This document shows, piece by piece, positions 54,501 to 63,857 of a DNA stretch of 64,000 bases (the first letter of the stretch is position 1; each line of letters opens with the position of its first letter). The stretch comes from a virus. The stretch is taken from the IMG/VR virus record IMGVR_UViG_3300044274_000305; one strand, written 5' to 3'. The translations under genes and the position numbers were made by a program. The notes under the pieces were generated by a model. That model worked only from the letters and a program-made list of their open reading frames with translations, made no database searches and had not been told where the DNA came from.

Positions 54501-54850
54501 GCGGTGTCGGCGGTGCTGGCGGTGGCATAGGTGGTTTCTTCAGCAACATCCTGGGTGGCCTGCTCGGTGGTGGCGGTGGGGGCGGCGGTCTTGGCAGCGT
54601 GTTGAACTCAGCCTTTGCCGGCATGTATGCGGACGGTGGCTTCATCCCACCCGGCAAGTGGGCAATCACCGGTGAGGAAGGCCCTGAAATCGTGACGGGC
54701 GGCCGGACCGGTGCGACGGTCACTCCGGAGATGCAGGGCGGACAGACCATCAATCAGACCTGGTACATCAAGTCTGAAGATCCGAACGCATACCGCTATT
54801 CCAAGCGGCAGATCATGCGCCAGGCCCGTCGCGGCCTTGGTCAGGGATAA
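51518..54850 (+). CDS. tape measure protein
   Basis: 1110 aa Ala-rich protein; TMP N-terminal motif ADSYT.L..QL; C-terminal YADGG..GEEGPE. Confidence 0.95.
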   Translation: MVQPIGNLIVNLRMNGSEFASDLSRTSARTAAETRRMRTSLDGTTRSIENLRRAGHSRIIGHGFLAGARSLDSLTRRAEFLRATMLSLTAVFGGLSTALVANAVTAMADSYTNLNNQLKTVTKTEQERLLVEEALFNISQDTRTGLRENAVLFTRITRATDRMNLSLERRLDLTRTLQKGFIAGGATSQEASSAAIQLTQGLAADQLGGEELRALKETPLGALLAEGLGVAVGDLKEMGAAGELTAERIVAAFEKVAPKIDELFSRTQVSISQSLTRLDNAFVRYIGSQDKSLGATQMVANGLNALSENIDTVAESIIALTAAFGARWVGAAFGRNVKSVTDGMAQTKAALQSNVVQAQEMANKAGLIQQGYAAQRSEILKTVAAHKTRIGQLIEEQAAYRRNITIAREQQRVAAQQVDAMRAQGRQGFGFAFGQGEIRAAERDRQRAAAAALQSQKALRASSAELAAEQNRLRSAQAALIPANRNYAASAKGAAAATTSLNTAIAATTVRARAAAVGMRALSGTMAFFGGPIGLAITGISLALLYTAQNSARAAQKGQEYVDALTAQQREALGLTSTLDQLSEGYLNTATAAAKLREEEKARAAQADAKAYMNDLISLAFELQQVTADFSFMDLFGDLDNANQARIQELTRKFLDGEMQANDFAEAISEVALEVRDIGKYASAINQLVGQLQGAEAVAANVASRIRGISDALAEVGKTNAVVEGLAKMKSGMAGLEEELANSKLSSTQKAIVRETERLNKEYNVGKDIAADYAERIVKNNEAVKEGEKAARKAARGHSAAAKAAGTLSEKLAELEQRAAVGFLSDLDREAVSTAQSINVAAADVQRFIDAATSGKLQEAPAVMLRIRDALQAIATEERARDLIEETATATEKLKKKQEELSAVVAKHPELAGRAQQAFADYALSLDEFSWINDASQAVGDFLKSAITDAENLDEAFENLVKRLGEIALQAFVIEPLMRSLSRSMAGFAGGGIGGGVGGAGGGIGGFFSNILGGLLGGGGGGGGLGSVLNSAFAGMYADGGFIPPGKWAITGEEGPEIVTGGRTGATVTPEMQGGQTINQTWYIKSEDPNAYRYSKRQIMRQARRGLGQG

Positions 54851-54855
54851 GCTTC

Positions 54856-55509
54856 ATGGCGTCTTTCATCGACATCTACATGCCGGACGAGGTGCCGGGT
54901 TACCCCTGTGTGGCCGCGCCGAAGACGTCAACCACGATTGCTCGGTCCGATTCCGGTGACGAGCAGAGCAACCGGAACCGGGTCAATCCGCTGCATACGT
55001 TCCGGTTGCCGAACGCGGTTCGCGACCACGATGTCCTTGATGGTCTGATGAACCATTGGGCAGTGACGAATGGCCCGTTCAAGTCATTCCCGTTCCGAAA
55101 CCCGTTGGACTTCGCTTCGGTGAGCCTCACTGCGGCGAACGTCGAACCGGTCATTTCCGGTACGGATCAAGTGATCGGAACGGGCAACGGTGCAAAGACG
55201 CAGTTTCAGCTCGTCAAGACATACACCAGGGGGGCTTACTCCCATGTCCGGCCGATCCGTCTTCCGATCGTTGCGACCGTGGTTGTCAAGATCAACGGCG
55301 TCGACCCTTCCATGGGGTGGAGCGTGAGCCGGGAAGGCGGGATCGTAACATTCGACAGCGCCCCGGCAGGCTCAACCACGATCACTGCAGGGTTCTACTT
55401 CGACGTTCCGGTTCGCTTCGAGAGTGACGATGCGCTCGAGGCGATCGTCTTCTCGTACCAGACCAGCAGTTTCGCAGACCTCGTTCTCATGGAAGTTCCT
55501 CTTTGCTGA
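54856..55509 (+). CDS. DUF2460 distal tail protein (RcGTA-like)
   Basis: SGDEQSNR, FPFRNPLDF, GTGNG..TQFQL, AGFYFDVPVRF. Confidence 0.85.
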   Translation: MASFIDIYMPDEVPGYPCVAAPKTSTTIARSDSGDEQSNRNRVNPLHTFRLPNAVRDHDVLDGLMNHWAVTNGPFKSFPFRNPLDFASVSLTAANVEPVISGTDQVIGTGNGAKTQFQLVKTYTRGAYSHVRPIRLPIVATVVVKINGVDPSMGWSVSREGGIVTFDSAPAGSTTITAGFYFDVPVRFESDDALEAIVFSYQTSSFADLVLMEVPLC

Positions 55510-55534
55510 GGTCTTCACAGCATAGGTAAAAGTC

Positions 55535-56590
55535 ATGGCTCTTATTTGGATGGATGGATTCGATCATTACGGCGTGTCGCCGAATGGCGGCCGCGACGCG
55601 ATGCTTGCCGGTGTTTGGGCAGACATGAACACCGGTTTCCTGGTTTCGTCGGGTATTGCGCGAACCGGAACTTATTCCCTGAGACAGGTCGGTTCGTCCA
55701 ATCAACGGATGAGGCGTCTTCTCGGTTCCAATCTGACAACGGTCGGCATCGGGTTCGGTCTATATCTGCCGCAAATACCAGCCGGAAATAACCGGATCGG
55801 CGTCCAGTTGCGGGACAATTCGAACGTAGCGGTTTTCACTGTCACGTTTCAGTCCGATGCCAGTATCGAGGTCTTCCGCGGCTATGCAAACACCGGGACT
55901 TCCCTTTACAGATCCGGGCAGGTTCTCACGGCGCAAGCGTGGAATCATATCGAATTCAAGGTTTTCAGAAATGCCACGACGGGCACAGTGGAGTTGCGCG
56001 TTAACGGCATTACAATAATTGACCTGACGGCGCAAAATACCGGTTCAAACGATTTTGCATCGGTTGTCTTCGGTGACCCCTCTTCCGGCGCCGCTAGCGG
56101 TTCTGAATTTTATCTTGACGACATTTTCGTCTGGGATACCTCCGGAAGCTACAACAACGACTTCATTGGCCCGCAGCGGATCTATACGCTGTTCCCCAAC
56201 GACGACACCGCGCAAGCCGACTGGACCCCGAACAGCGGTTCGACTGGCTATACCCAGTTGGATGAAGTGCAACCCGACGCGGATACGACATACATCGAAG
56301 CGGCATCAGTCAACGACATTTCAGAGTTTGAATTGGGTAACCTGCCGGCTGGGGTTTCGGCCATTAGTGCCGTCATGACGCAAAGTATGTTGCGCAAGTC
56401 AGACGCAGGAACGGCAAACGTGCAAGCGTCGCTTCTGTCGGCGGCGGCTGTTGCAGCCGGTACCGATCGGCCGATCACGGAAGTTTACACCTATTGGCCT
56501 GACGTCTTCGAAACCGATCCAAACACCGGTTCTCCTTGGACGGCAAGCGGCTTTAACGCGGCCAAGCTGCGCCTGGAGAAGACAGCTTGA
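55535..56590 (+). CDS. beta-rich tail-tip protein (concanavalin-like)
   Basis: DGFDHY, WNHIEFKV, VELRVNG, YLDDIFV. Confidence 0.55.
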   Translation: MALIWMDGFDHYGVSPNGGRDAMLAGVWADMNTGFLVSSGIARTGTYSLRQVGSSNQRMRRLLGSNLTTVGIGFGLYLPQIPAGNNRIGVQLRDNSNVAVFTVTFQSDASIEVFRGYANTGTSLYRSGQVLTAQAWNHIEFKVFRNATTGTVELRVNGITIIDLTAQNTGSNDFASVVFGDPSSGAASGSEFYLDDIFVWDTSGSYNNDFIGPQRIYTLFPNDDTAQADWTPNSGSTGYTQLDEVQPDADTTYIEAASVNDISEFELGNLPAGVSAISAVMTQSMLRKSDAGTANVQASLLSAAAVAAGTDRPITEVYTYWPDVFETDPNTGSPWTASGFNAAKLRLEKTA

Positions 56591-57672
56591 CCAATACCCG
56601 TGCAACGCAAACGGCGGTTCTCGGCCTGATTGGAGGGCCTTCCGCCACCAGGTCGACACAGGCCGCTGTCATGGTGCTTGCACCGGACACGGCGCCCGCG
56701 CGGTCAACGCAGGCGCCAGTATCGGTACTTGTAGCCGGCACCACTGAAGCGCGTGCCACGCATCTGCCGCTCATGGTACTTGCCACATATGTCCCGTGTG
56801 CGACGCAATGGGCTCAGTGCTGGCTTATCACCAAAACGGACGGCAGCGACCCGCTCGGGTTCACATCTCTGGATGAAGATCTGACGTTCAACGGTGTGGT
56901 TTGCAAGGCATGTAAATCCCTCTCAGGTGGCGCCTTGGAATTTTCGACACCACTCGGAAATGTTGGCAACCAAGAAGTCAATGGTCTGCTGGATGATGAG
57001 CGTATCAGCGAGGAAGATCTCTATTCCGGTCTCTACGACGGGGCCGCGGTAGAAGTCTGGAAGGTGCCGTGGCTCGACGGTACAGTGGCATCCGGTGGAC
57101 TACCAATCCTGGATCCTCTGGAACGCCCGCGGCGGATGGCCAAAGGGACGATAGGTTCCGTTTCTCAGGGGGATGTTACCTTTACCGCCGAAGTTCTCAC
57201 GGCGGGCGCGAAGATGGAGCAAGTCTCTCTCGTCGAGCTCTACAGCCCGGGGTGCCGGTACCGACAATACGACACCAGGTGCGGACTTTCCTATGACGCC
57301 AACAAGGTGACCGGCACAGTGACCGGTGGAGCAGCAACGAGCGCACCGAACAAGCAGAGCCGCCGGGTCTTTTTTGACACTGCAAGGACTGAAGACACTG
57401 GAGCCTTTAACGCCAGCCTGTTGACCTGGACGTCCGGGGATAATGAGGGGCAAACATCCGAGGTAAAGACTTGGGATAAAGATCTGAAGCGGTTCGTACT
57501 GTGGGATCCGCTTCGGTACCCAATATCTGCCGGCGATACTTATGAGGTTGCCCCGTCATGCGGAAACATCGTCGACGGCTGCAAGTCCTTTTCGAACTAC
57601 ATCAACTATGGCGGTCAGCCCGATGTCCCGGGTCGTGACGAACTCATCGAGTCGCCGAACTCCAAGGGCTGA
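56587..57672 (+). CDS. DUF2163 baseplate hub protein with N-terminal 17-aa repeats
   Basis: GFTSLDEDL, CRYRQYD.RCG, C....DGC..F.N..NYGG.P.VPG. Confidence 0.85.
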   Translation: MTNTRATQTAVLGLIGGPSATRSTQAAVMVLAPDTAPARSTQAPVSVLVAGTTEARATHLPLMVLATYVPCATQWAQCWLITKTDGSDPLGFTSLDEDLTFNGVVCKACKSLSGGALEFSTPLGNVGNQEVNGLLDDERISEEDLYSGLYDGAAVEVWKVPWLDGTVASGGLPILDPLERPRRMAKGTIGSVSQGDVTFTAEVLTAGAKMEQVSLVELYSPGCRYRQYDTRCGLSYDANKVTGTVTGGAATSAPNKQSRRVFFDTARTEDTGAFNASLLTWTSGDNEGQTSEVKTWDKDLKRFVLWDPLRYPISAGDTYEVAPSCGNIVDGCKSFSNYINYGGQPDVPGRDELIESPNSKG

Positions 57673-57675
57673 GCC

Positions 57676-58149
57676 ATGTCGTCGATCGTCGCTGAAGCAC
57701 GTAGTTGGGTGGGCACACCTTATCGGCACCAATGTTCCATGAAAGGAATTGCGTGCGACTGCGTTGGCCTGATCAGAGGCGTAGCCAACGTCATGGGTTA
57801 CACGATATCGGCAGAGGATTGGGCTCGCATCGGCTCATACAGCCGGCTGCCAAACCCCGATAAAATGGAACGCGCGATACGCGAACACCTCGGTCGTGTT
57901 CCGCCCTCCAAGGCGCGATCCGGTGATGTTGCGTGGATCGCTTGGCGCGACGGTATGCCGATGCATCTCGCATTCCTGGCCACAACGGATGCCCCGCCCA
58001 AGCACGGTTCAACGGAGCCCTCTCAACGTCTGACGTTGATCCATGCCTACGAACCGATCGGGAAGGTCGTTGAACACGGCTTCACCAATGAATGGCGCGA
58101 GCGGGTGCATTCCTGGTGGCGCCTCCGGATCCCACCTAAGACCATCTGA
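57676..58149 (+). CDS. NlpC/P60 peptidase
   Basis: ARSWVGTPYRHQ..CDCVGL, HLAF, LIHAY. Confidence 0.9.
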   Translation: MSSIVAEARSWVGTPYRHQCSMKGIACDCVGLIRGVANVMGYTISAEDWARIGSYSRLPNPDKMERAIREHLGRVPPSKARSGDVAWIAWRDGMPMHLAFLATTDAPPKHGSTEPSQRLTLIHAYEPIGKVVEHGFTNEWRERVHSWWRLRIPPKTI

Positions 58150-58154
58150 CAGAC

Positions 58155-60617
58155 ATGAAAATTAGACCATTCACCTTGTGCAGCGCCTCGGGTGCAGCGC
58201 TTCTGGCTGGCTGTGGCCATGCGGATGCAGCGGCCTTGGCGCTGGGGTTCGCCGGCCAGGCGATCGGCGCAGCAATTGGTGGTTCGTTCCTTGGCGTTTC
58301 CACTGCGTCTCTGCTTGGTGCTGCAGGCACGATCGGTGGCGCTCTGATCGACAACATGTTGTTTAAGAAGACAACGAAGATCGAAGGCCCTCGGGTTTCC
58401 GATCTCACGGTCACCGCGTCCACTTATGGTGAGGCTATCCCGCTTCTTTACGGGCCAAGCGTCCGTCTGGCCGGCAACCTGATCTGGTCAAGCGGACTGA
58501 TCGAGGTCAAGAAGACCACGAAGCAGGGGGGGAAGGGCGGCGGCGGTGGCACGCAGACAACGGAATATACCTATCACGTCCACGCCGCGATCTGTCTTAG
58601 TGGAAATCAGATCACTGATCTGAAGCGTATATGGGCCAATGGCAAGCTCATTTTCGATCGCGACAGAAACGCCAGCGCACCGAACGTCACCGGTACAGAG
58701 ATGCACGGATGGTCAAGGGGGCTGGGTAAGCAGTCTGTCGTCCGCATCATTCGCTTCTATGAGGGTGGTTTTAGCCAGGAGCCTGACACTCTTATCGAGA
58801 GCTACCTTGGTGCGGGTAATGTTCCTGCATATCGCGGTCTCGGGTACGTTGTTCTGGAACGGCTCGAGCTTGCCGACTTTGGCAACGTCCTTCCGAATCT
58901 CGAGTTCGAAATAGAAGCTCAAACCAGCACAACTGTTGCAGATGTTGCCCGCGACATCTGCACGCGTGCCGGCGTGGCCGATGCCAGTGTTTCGCGCCTG
59001 GCAAACACCTCATTGAGAGGATACGCAATCGGCCGGGAATCTTCGGCCTGGGATGCATTGCAGCCACTTGGACTCGTGTATGGCTTTGATGTTGCTGACC
59101 ATGGTGGAGAAATTCGGTTCATCAAGCGCGGCACCGTCGTTCGTGCCACCATTCCCGCCGAAGATTTGGCGGCCGTCGCGATGTCTGGAGACGGTGGTAC
59201 CAGTCGGGACGATGCGGTCCTCAGTGAACGGCTCTATGACCAACAGCTTCCGAGAGCAGCGAGTTTCAAGTACCGGGATGTGGAGCTTGATTACGATGTC
59301 AATTCGCAGCGCTCGGAGCGGCTGAAAGGTGACAGCCGGAACAATCTGTCGGTCGATGCCGCTATTTCGCTCACTCCGGACGAGGGGAGGAGGGTTGCGG
59401 ACCGGCTGCTCTACGAATCATGGGCAGCCCGCCGAACCGGTGTGATTCACCTGACAGAGCGTTGGATCGATCTGCAGGCCGGTGAGGTAATTGCAGTCCC
59501 CGTCCTCAAATCGCCATCTCTGCCGGAGCTTGGCATTGAAGCGATGCGCATCGAGCGCTTGAACCTAGCCGCCAATGGCCTCATCGAAGTGTCCTTGTTC
59601 GGCAACGATCCGGAGGTTTACGAGTCGACCGCAACCGGCCAGTCAGGATTTCCGCGGAACAATGAGGTGCAGCTCGTCGGTGACACCGATCTCATTCTGC
59701 TAGATGCACCGATCCTGCTGGATACCAATGACGATGACGGTTTCTATTGGGCCGTTCATGCCGTCGAAACTGGTTGGCGCGGCGCCTCGGTTCAGCGGTC
59801 TTCTGATGGCGGTACGACCTACCCCACAATGAATACCGTAGGCGTCGAGGCGATCGTCGGTGACGTTGCAACCCCTCTAGCCACTGGTCCAACAACGGTA
59901 TGGGACCGTGGCAATATCCTAACCGTCGTTGTTTCGGACGGAGAAGAACTCGAAAGCCTGAGCGAGCTGTCCGTCCTGAATGGCGGTAATATGGCGTGGC
60001 TTGGGCCCTCAAATGGCCAGGGCGGCGAATATCTGCAATTTGCGACCGCGACGCTCATCTCCGAAAACACTTATCAGCTTTCGAACCTTCTACGCGGCCG
60101 GGCCGGTACCGAGGCGAATGTGGGCACGCATGGATCCAACGAGAAATTCGTTCTCATGGAGACCGGAACGATTCAGCGCTCGGATTACTCCTCGGCCGAC
60201 TGGAACAAGGCGCGTCTGTTTCGGCCGGTGTCCATCCTGCAGGACGAAGACGAGGCTTCCTCGCAGAGCTTTACCCACACGGGAGAGGGCAAGCGTCCAT
60301 ATGAGCCGGTACATATTCGAGGGACACGTGACAGTTCGAACAATCTCACTCTGACCTGGATCCGGCGAACGCGTCTTTCTGCGCCCGGTTTGGGGAATGG
60401 CCTTGTGCCTCTCGGTGAAGAGAACGAGGCCTACGAAGTTGACATCATTGTCGGCGCCTCGGTCGTTCGAACGATCTCCGTGACTTCGCCAACGACGCCT
60501 TACTCAGCCGCTCAACAGACAGCGGACGGCATAACGCCTGGGGCAGCCGTCACCGGGAAAGTCTATCAGATCAGCGCTACGCGGGGCCGCGGACGGCCTG
60601 CCAGCTTCACCGTTTAA
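58155..60617 (+). CDS. central tail / host-specificity protein (RcGTA g15-like)
   Basis: STYGEAIP.LYG..RLAGNLIW, PAYRG..YVV, LSNLLRGRAGTE, LTWIRRTR. Confidence 0.85.
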   Translation: MKIRPFTLCSASGAALLAGCGHADAAALALGFAGQAIGAAIGGSFLGVSTASLLGAAGTIGGALIDNMLFKKTTKIEGPRVSDLTVTASTYGEAIPLLYGPSVRLAGNLIWSSGLIEVKKTTKQGGKGGGGGTQTTEYTYHVHAAICLSGNQITDLKRIWANGKLIFDRDRNASAPNVTGTEMHGWSRGLGKQSVVRIIRFYEGGFSQEPDTLIESYLGAGNVPAYRGLGYVVLERLELADFGNVLPNLEFEIEAQTSTTVADVARDICTRAGVADASVSRLANTSLRGYAIGRESSAWDALQPLGLVYGFDVADHGGEIRFIKRGTVVRATIPAEDLAAVAMSGDGGTSRDDAVLSERLYDQQLPRAASFKYRDVELDYDVNSQRSERLKGDSRNNLSVDAAISLTPDEGRRVADRLLYESWAARRTGVIHLTERWIDLQAGEVIAVPVLKSPSLPELGIEAMRIERLNLAANGLIEVSLFGNDPEVYESTATGQSGFPRNNEVQLVGDTDLILLDAPILLDTNDDDGFYWAVHAVETGWRGASVQRSSDGGTTYPTMNTVGVEAIVGDVATPLATGPTTVWDRGNILTVVVSDGEELESLSELSVLNGGNMAWLGPSNGQGGEYLQFATATLISENTYQLSNLLRGRAGTEANVGTHGSNEKFVLMETGTIQRSDYSSADWNKARLFRPVSILQDEDEASSQSFTHTGEGKRPYEPVHIRGTRDSSNNLTLTWIRRTRLSAPGLGNGLVPLGEENEAYEVDIIVGASVVRTISVTSPTTPYSAAQQTADGITPGAAVTGKVYQISATRGRGRPASFTV

Positions 60618-60629
60618 AGAGGAACGGAA

Positions 60630-61376
60630 ATGACCACTTCCCCGGACCTGGGTATTCCCGAGATTGTCAGCCAACAGAACCAGCCAGAGATTTCCCACAA
60701 CGAAGCGCTCATCATGTTGCAAGCGCTGGCACAGGGTGTAATCGATCGCGCGATCAATACGCCTCCGGGGAGTCCGACTAGCGGGGATTCCTATATCATT
60801 GGCGCTGCGCCGACCGGAGCGTGGGCCGGCAAGGCGAACAAGATCGCTATCTACTGGTCGAATGCATGGCGTTTCGTTCCTGATGTCGACTCCGCTGGCA
60901 CTGATATACCTATCGGGGCGCGGCACGAGGGACTGAAAGTCTGGGTGCGCGACGAAGACAAGCTTTATGTCTGGTCGGGTTCGGCCTGGGTCGAATTCGG
61001 GACCGATATCAAGCCGATCGAAAGCCTTGTCATTGCTCTGGGTGACGAAACCACGCCGTTGACGGCGGGAGCCGGCAAGGTCACGTTCCGGATGCCCTAT
61101 GCCTTCACGCTGACAGCAATCCCGCGGGCGTCGGTCAAGGTGGCGCAGGCGAGCGGCAGCATCCTAACCTTCGACATCAACGAAGGGGGCGCGTCGATCC
61201 TGTCGACCAAGCTCACGGTCGACAACACCGCAAAGACGTCGGTCGGCGCGGCGACGCCGGCGGTTCTTTCCGATACCAGCCTGGCTGACGATGCGGAAAT
61301 GACGATCGATCTCGACCAGATCGGAGATGGCACGGCCATCGGCGGTAAGATTGTCCTGATCGGGCGGCGCACATGA
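60630..61376 (+). CDS. DUF2793-domain virion protein
   Basis: QPEISHNEAL, PPGSPTSGD.YII..PTGAWAG. Confidence 0.85.
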   Translation: MTTSPDLGIPEIVSQQNQPEISHNEALIMLQALAQGVIDRAINTPPGSPTSGDSYIIGAAPTGAWAGKANKIAIYWSNAWRFVPDVDSAGTDIPIGARHEGLKVWVRDEDKLYVWSGSAWVEFGTDIKPIESLVIALGDETTPLTAGAGKVTFRMPYAFTLTAIPRASVKVAQASGSILTFDINEGGASILSTKLTVDNTAKTSVGAATPAVLSDTSLADDAEMTIDLDQIGDGTAIGGKIVLIGRRT

Positions 61377-62239
61377 GTTTTCTTGTCAACCCTTATGCTT
61401 TTGGCGGCGGTGGGTCTTTTATTACCGCTACCGGGGGAACGATATCCGAAGACGGCGACTATAAGGTTCACACCTTTACGGGCGATGGCACATTTGAAGT
61501 GACTTCGGGCTCTGGTGACGTGACCTACCTGGTTGTAGCGGGCGGCGGCGGCGGTGGTTCCAGATCCGGCGGCGGCGGTGGCGGGGCCGGCGGGCTAATC
61601 GCTGGCGTGTCTTCCGTCACTGTCGGAACCTATCCGATCGTTGTCGGTGCTGGTGGCGCTGGCGCTGGAATTGGCGGCGGGGCTGCCGGATCTGACGGGG
61701 GTATTTCTTCCTTCAATTCTATCGAGGCCGGCGGCGGCGGCGGCGGCGGCGCCGCAGTCGGTGGGTCCACGGGCGGGAACGGAAGCGCCGGCGGTTCCGG
61801 TGGTGGCGGCGGGCGTCAAGACGGTGCATTGTCCTCCGGGGGGGCGGCCAGTCCGGCGGGGCAGGGCAATGCAGGTGGTTCCGGTGGTGGTTCTACGGCC
61901 TACGGCGGCGGCGGCGGTGGCGGCGCGGGCGGTGCTGGCGGCAATCGTGAAGCGGCCGCGAGCGGATTGGGGGGTGCCGGCGGGGCAGGTTCGTCAGATT
62001 CTATCACCGGCTCGCCAGTGACTTATGCCGTAGGAGGGCAGGGCGGGCGAGCTGCGGTTTCCGGTGCCGCAGGTGGGCAAGGTGGTGGCGGGGCTGCGCC
62101 GACCGACCGAAACGGAACCAATGGCGGCGCAAATACCGGCGGCGGCGGCGGTGGTGGCAGCTCTACGCCTTCAAACGATTTTGGCGCCGGCGGTAACGGC
62201 GGCAGCGGCGTCGTCATCATCCGATATAAATTTCAATAA
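61373..62239 (+). CDS. glycine-rich tail fibre-like protein
   Basis: YKVHTFT, YLVVAGGGGG, GGNGGSGVVIIRY. Confidence 0.85.
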   Translation: MSFLVNPYAFGGGGSFITATGGTISEDGDYKVHTFTGDGTFEVTSGSGDVTYLVVAGGGGGGSRSGGGGGGAGGLIAGVSSVTVGTYPIVVGAGGAGAGIGGGAAGSDGGISSFNSIEAGGGGGGGAAVGGSTGGNGSAGGSGGGGGRQDGALSSGGAASPAGQGNAGGSGGGSTAYGGGGGGGAGGAGGNREAAASGLGGAGGAGSSDSITGSPVTYAVGGQGGRAAVSGAAGGQGGGGAAPTDRNGTNGGANTGGGGGGGSSTPSNDFGAGGNGGSGVVIIRYKFQ

Positions 62240-62402
62240 ATAGACCAGCCGTTTCGCCGAGAGCTTAGGCAAGCCTCTCGTGAAACTGATACTTGACTGG
62301 CGGTGTGCGCCTTGCGCCGGGCGTGGAGCGTGCGCTTGCTCCTCAGAGACTATTTTTCGCATTCGTTCTTCCATCCCCCCCTTAAGAAAACTGGAGAAGA
62401 CC

Positions 62403-63206
62403 ATGAAACTCGTGCCTGATTGGCGGCACGTTGTCGCCACCTCTTTGAGCTTTTGGATGCAAGCCGCCGGCTTGCTTCTGCTCGTTCTGATCGAGTTGCG
62501 ATTTGTGCTGACCGGCGTCGACACCGACCCGGTGTTCGCCTGGTGGCTGGGGGTCCTCTTCCTGCTCGCCGGCCTTGCCGGGCGCCTCTTCCAGCAGGGC
62601 CTTTCGCCGTGGCGCGAGTGGCTGCGGCTCGGCGCGGTCGCCGTGCTCGTCTTCTTGGCCGCGCTGGCACTGGCATCCACCGCCCGGGCGGCGGCCGAAC
62701 TCGATGCCGGCGCAACGGCCGCCGGCAGGGGGGACATGGCGCTGCCCTACAGCGAGGCCGCAGCGCTTGACGTGGCCGTGCCCTTCATTGCGCAGGAGGA
62801 AGGGCTGCGGACAAAGGCCTATCTCGACATCGTCGGGGTGCCGACGATCTGTTATGGCTCGACGCGCGGCGTGCGGCTCGGTATGGAAAAGACCCGCGCC
62901 GAGTGCCTGGAACTGCTGCGCAGCGAGGTCGCCGAATACCGGCACGGCCTGCACCGCTATATCAAGCCCGCGACCCGGCTTTACCATCTGACCCCGAAAC
63001 GGGATGCGGCTTATACCTCGACCGCCTTCAATTGTGGCATTCAGGCTATCGGCAAAAGCACTGCCGTCCGACGGCTGAACGCCGGCGACATCCGCGGCGG
63101 CTGTGAGGCGCTGACCTGGTGGAACAAGGCCGGCGGGCGCGTGGTGCGCGGACTCGTCGCCCGGCGCACCCGTGAGCGGGCGCTGTGCCTGGAAGGTGTC
63201 AGGTGA
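62403..63206 (+). CDS. GH24 lysozyme with an N-terminal three-TM (holin-like) region
   Basis: MKLVPDWR plus hydrophobic segments; EEGLRTKAYLDIVGVPTICYG (E-x8-D-x5-T), WNKAGG..RRTRERALC. Confidence 0.85.
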   Translation: MKLVPDWRHVVATSLSFWMQAAGLLLLVLIELRFVLTGVDTDPVFAWWLGVLFLLAGLAGRLFQQGLSPWREWLRLGAVAVLVFLAALALASTARAAAELDAGATAAGRGDMALPYSEAAALDVAVPFIAQEEGLRTKAYLDIVGVPTICYGSTRGVRLGMEKTRAECLELLRSEVAEYRHGLHRYIKPATRLYHLTPKRDAAYTSTAFNCGIQAIGKSTAVRRLNAGDIRGGCEALTWWNKAGGRVVRGLVARRTRERALCLEGVR

Positions 63207-63736
63207 TCGGGATCCTGCAGGACGCGGCTTCCTTCGCCGCGTCTTTGGCCCAATGGGGCTTGAGCCTTGCCGCCCTCGTCGCGGCGGTGCTGGCCTGGGG
63301 TGCGCGTTTCCATCCCATGGCGCGTGGTCCGGTTCCGGAACTTCTTGTTCTGGCCTTCGGGGCTACCCTCGTCGTCGCGGCCTGGAACGGCTCCGCGCTT
63401 CACCATGACCGGCTGCAGGATCTCGAGCAGGCACAAACCGATCTAAAGCGCTGGAAGGAAGCCTGGGCAGAGCAGGTAAGGCAGCGCGAAGAGCTCGAGA
63501 AGATAGCCGACGTGCAGCGACGCCTTGCCCGGGACCGTGCGGCCGATCTCGCGAAATCGCAGGAGATTATCGATGGGTACAATGAAGCTGTGGCGGCAGG
63601 GGACAGTGTGTCTTGCCCTCCTGATGACGCTTACCGCCGGACGATGCGATCCATCCCCATCGTTGGATCTCGGGCAACCGAAGCTGCCGGAGCCGGAACT
63701 CGACCTGGTAACGCCGTGCCACGATCCCGGCCTTAG
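63203..63736 (+). CDS. Rz-like inner-membrane spanin
   Basis: N-terminal TM segments plus coiled coil, follows the lysin. Confidence 0.55.
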   Translation: MIGILQDAASFAASLAQWGLSLAALVAAVLAWGARFHPMARGPVPELLVLAFGATLVVAAWNGSALHHDRLQDLEQAQTDLKRWKEAWAEQVRQREELEKIADVQRRLARDRAADLAKSQEIIDGYNEAVAAGDSVSCPPDDAYRRTMRSIPIVGSRATEAAGAGTRPGNAVPRSRP

Positions 63737-63857
63737 CAAGGACAAGGGTGAGGATGCGATCCGGCATCGCCTCGCCCTGGCCGATTGCGAGGCCCGGCGT
63801 CGCGGCTGGGAAGTGCTTTACCGTGATATTCAGAAGACCCATGGGGGCACGATATGA
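63582..63857 (+). CDS. Rz1-like lipoprotein (o-spanin), overlapping Rz
   Basis: Hydrophobic signal ending at Cys (LLMTLTAGRC), Pro-rich segment. Confidence 0.5.
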   Translation: MKLWRQGTVCLALLMTLTAGRCDPSPSLDLGQPKLPEPELDLVTPCHDPGLSKDKGEDAIRHRLALADCEARRRGWEVLYRDIQKTHGGTI

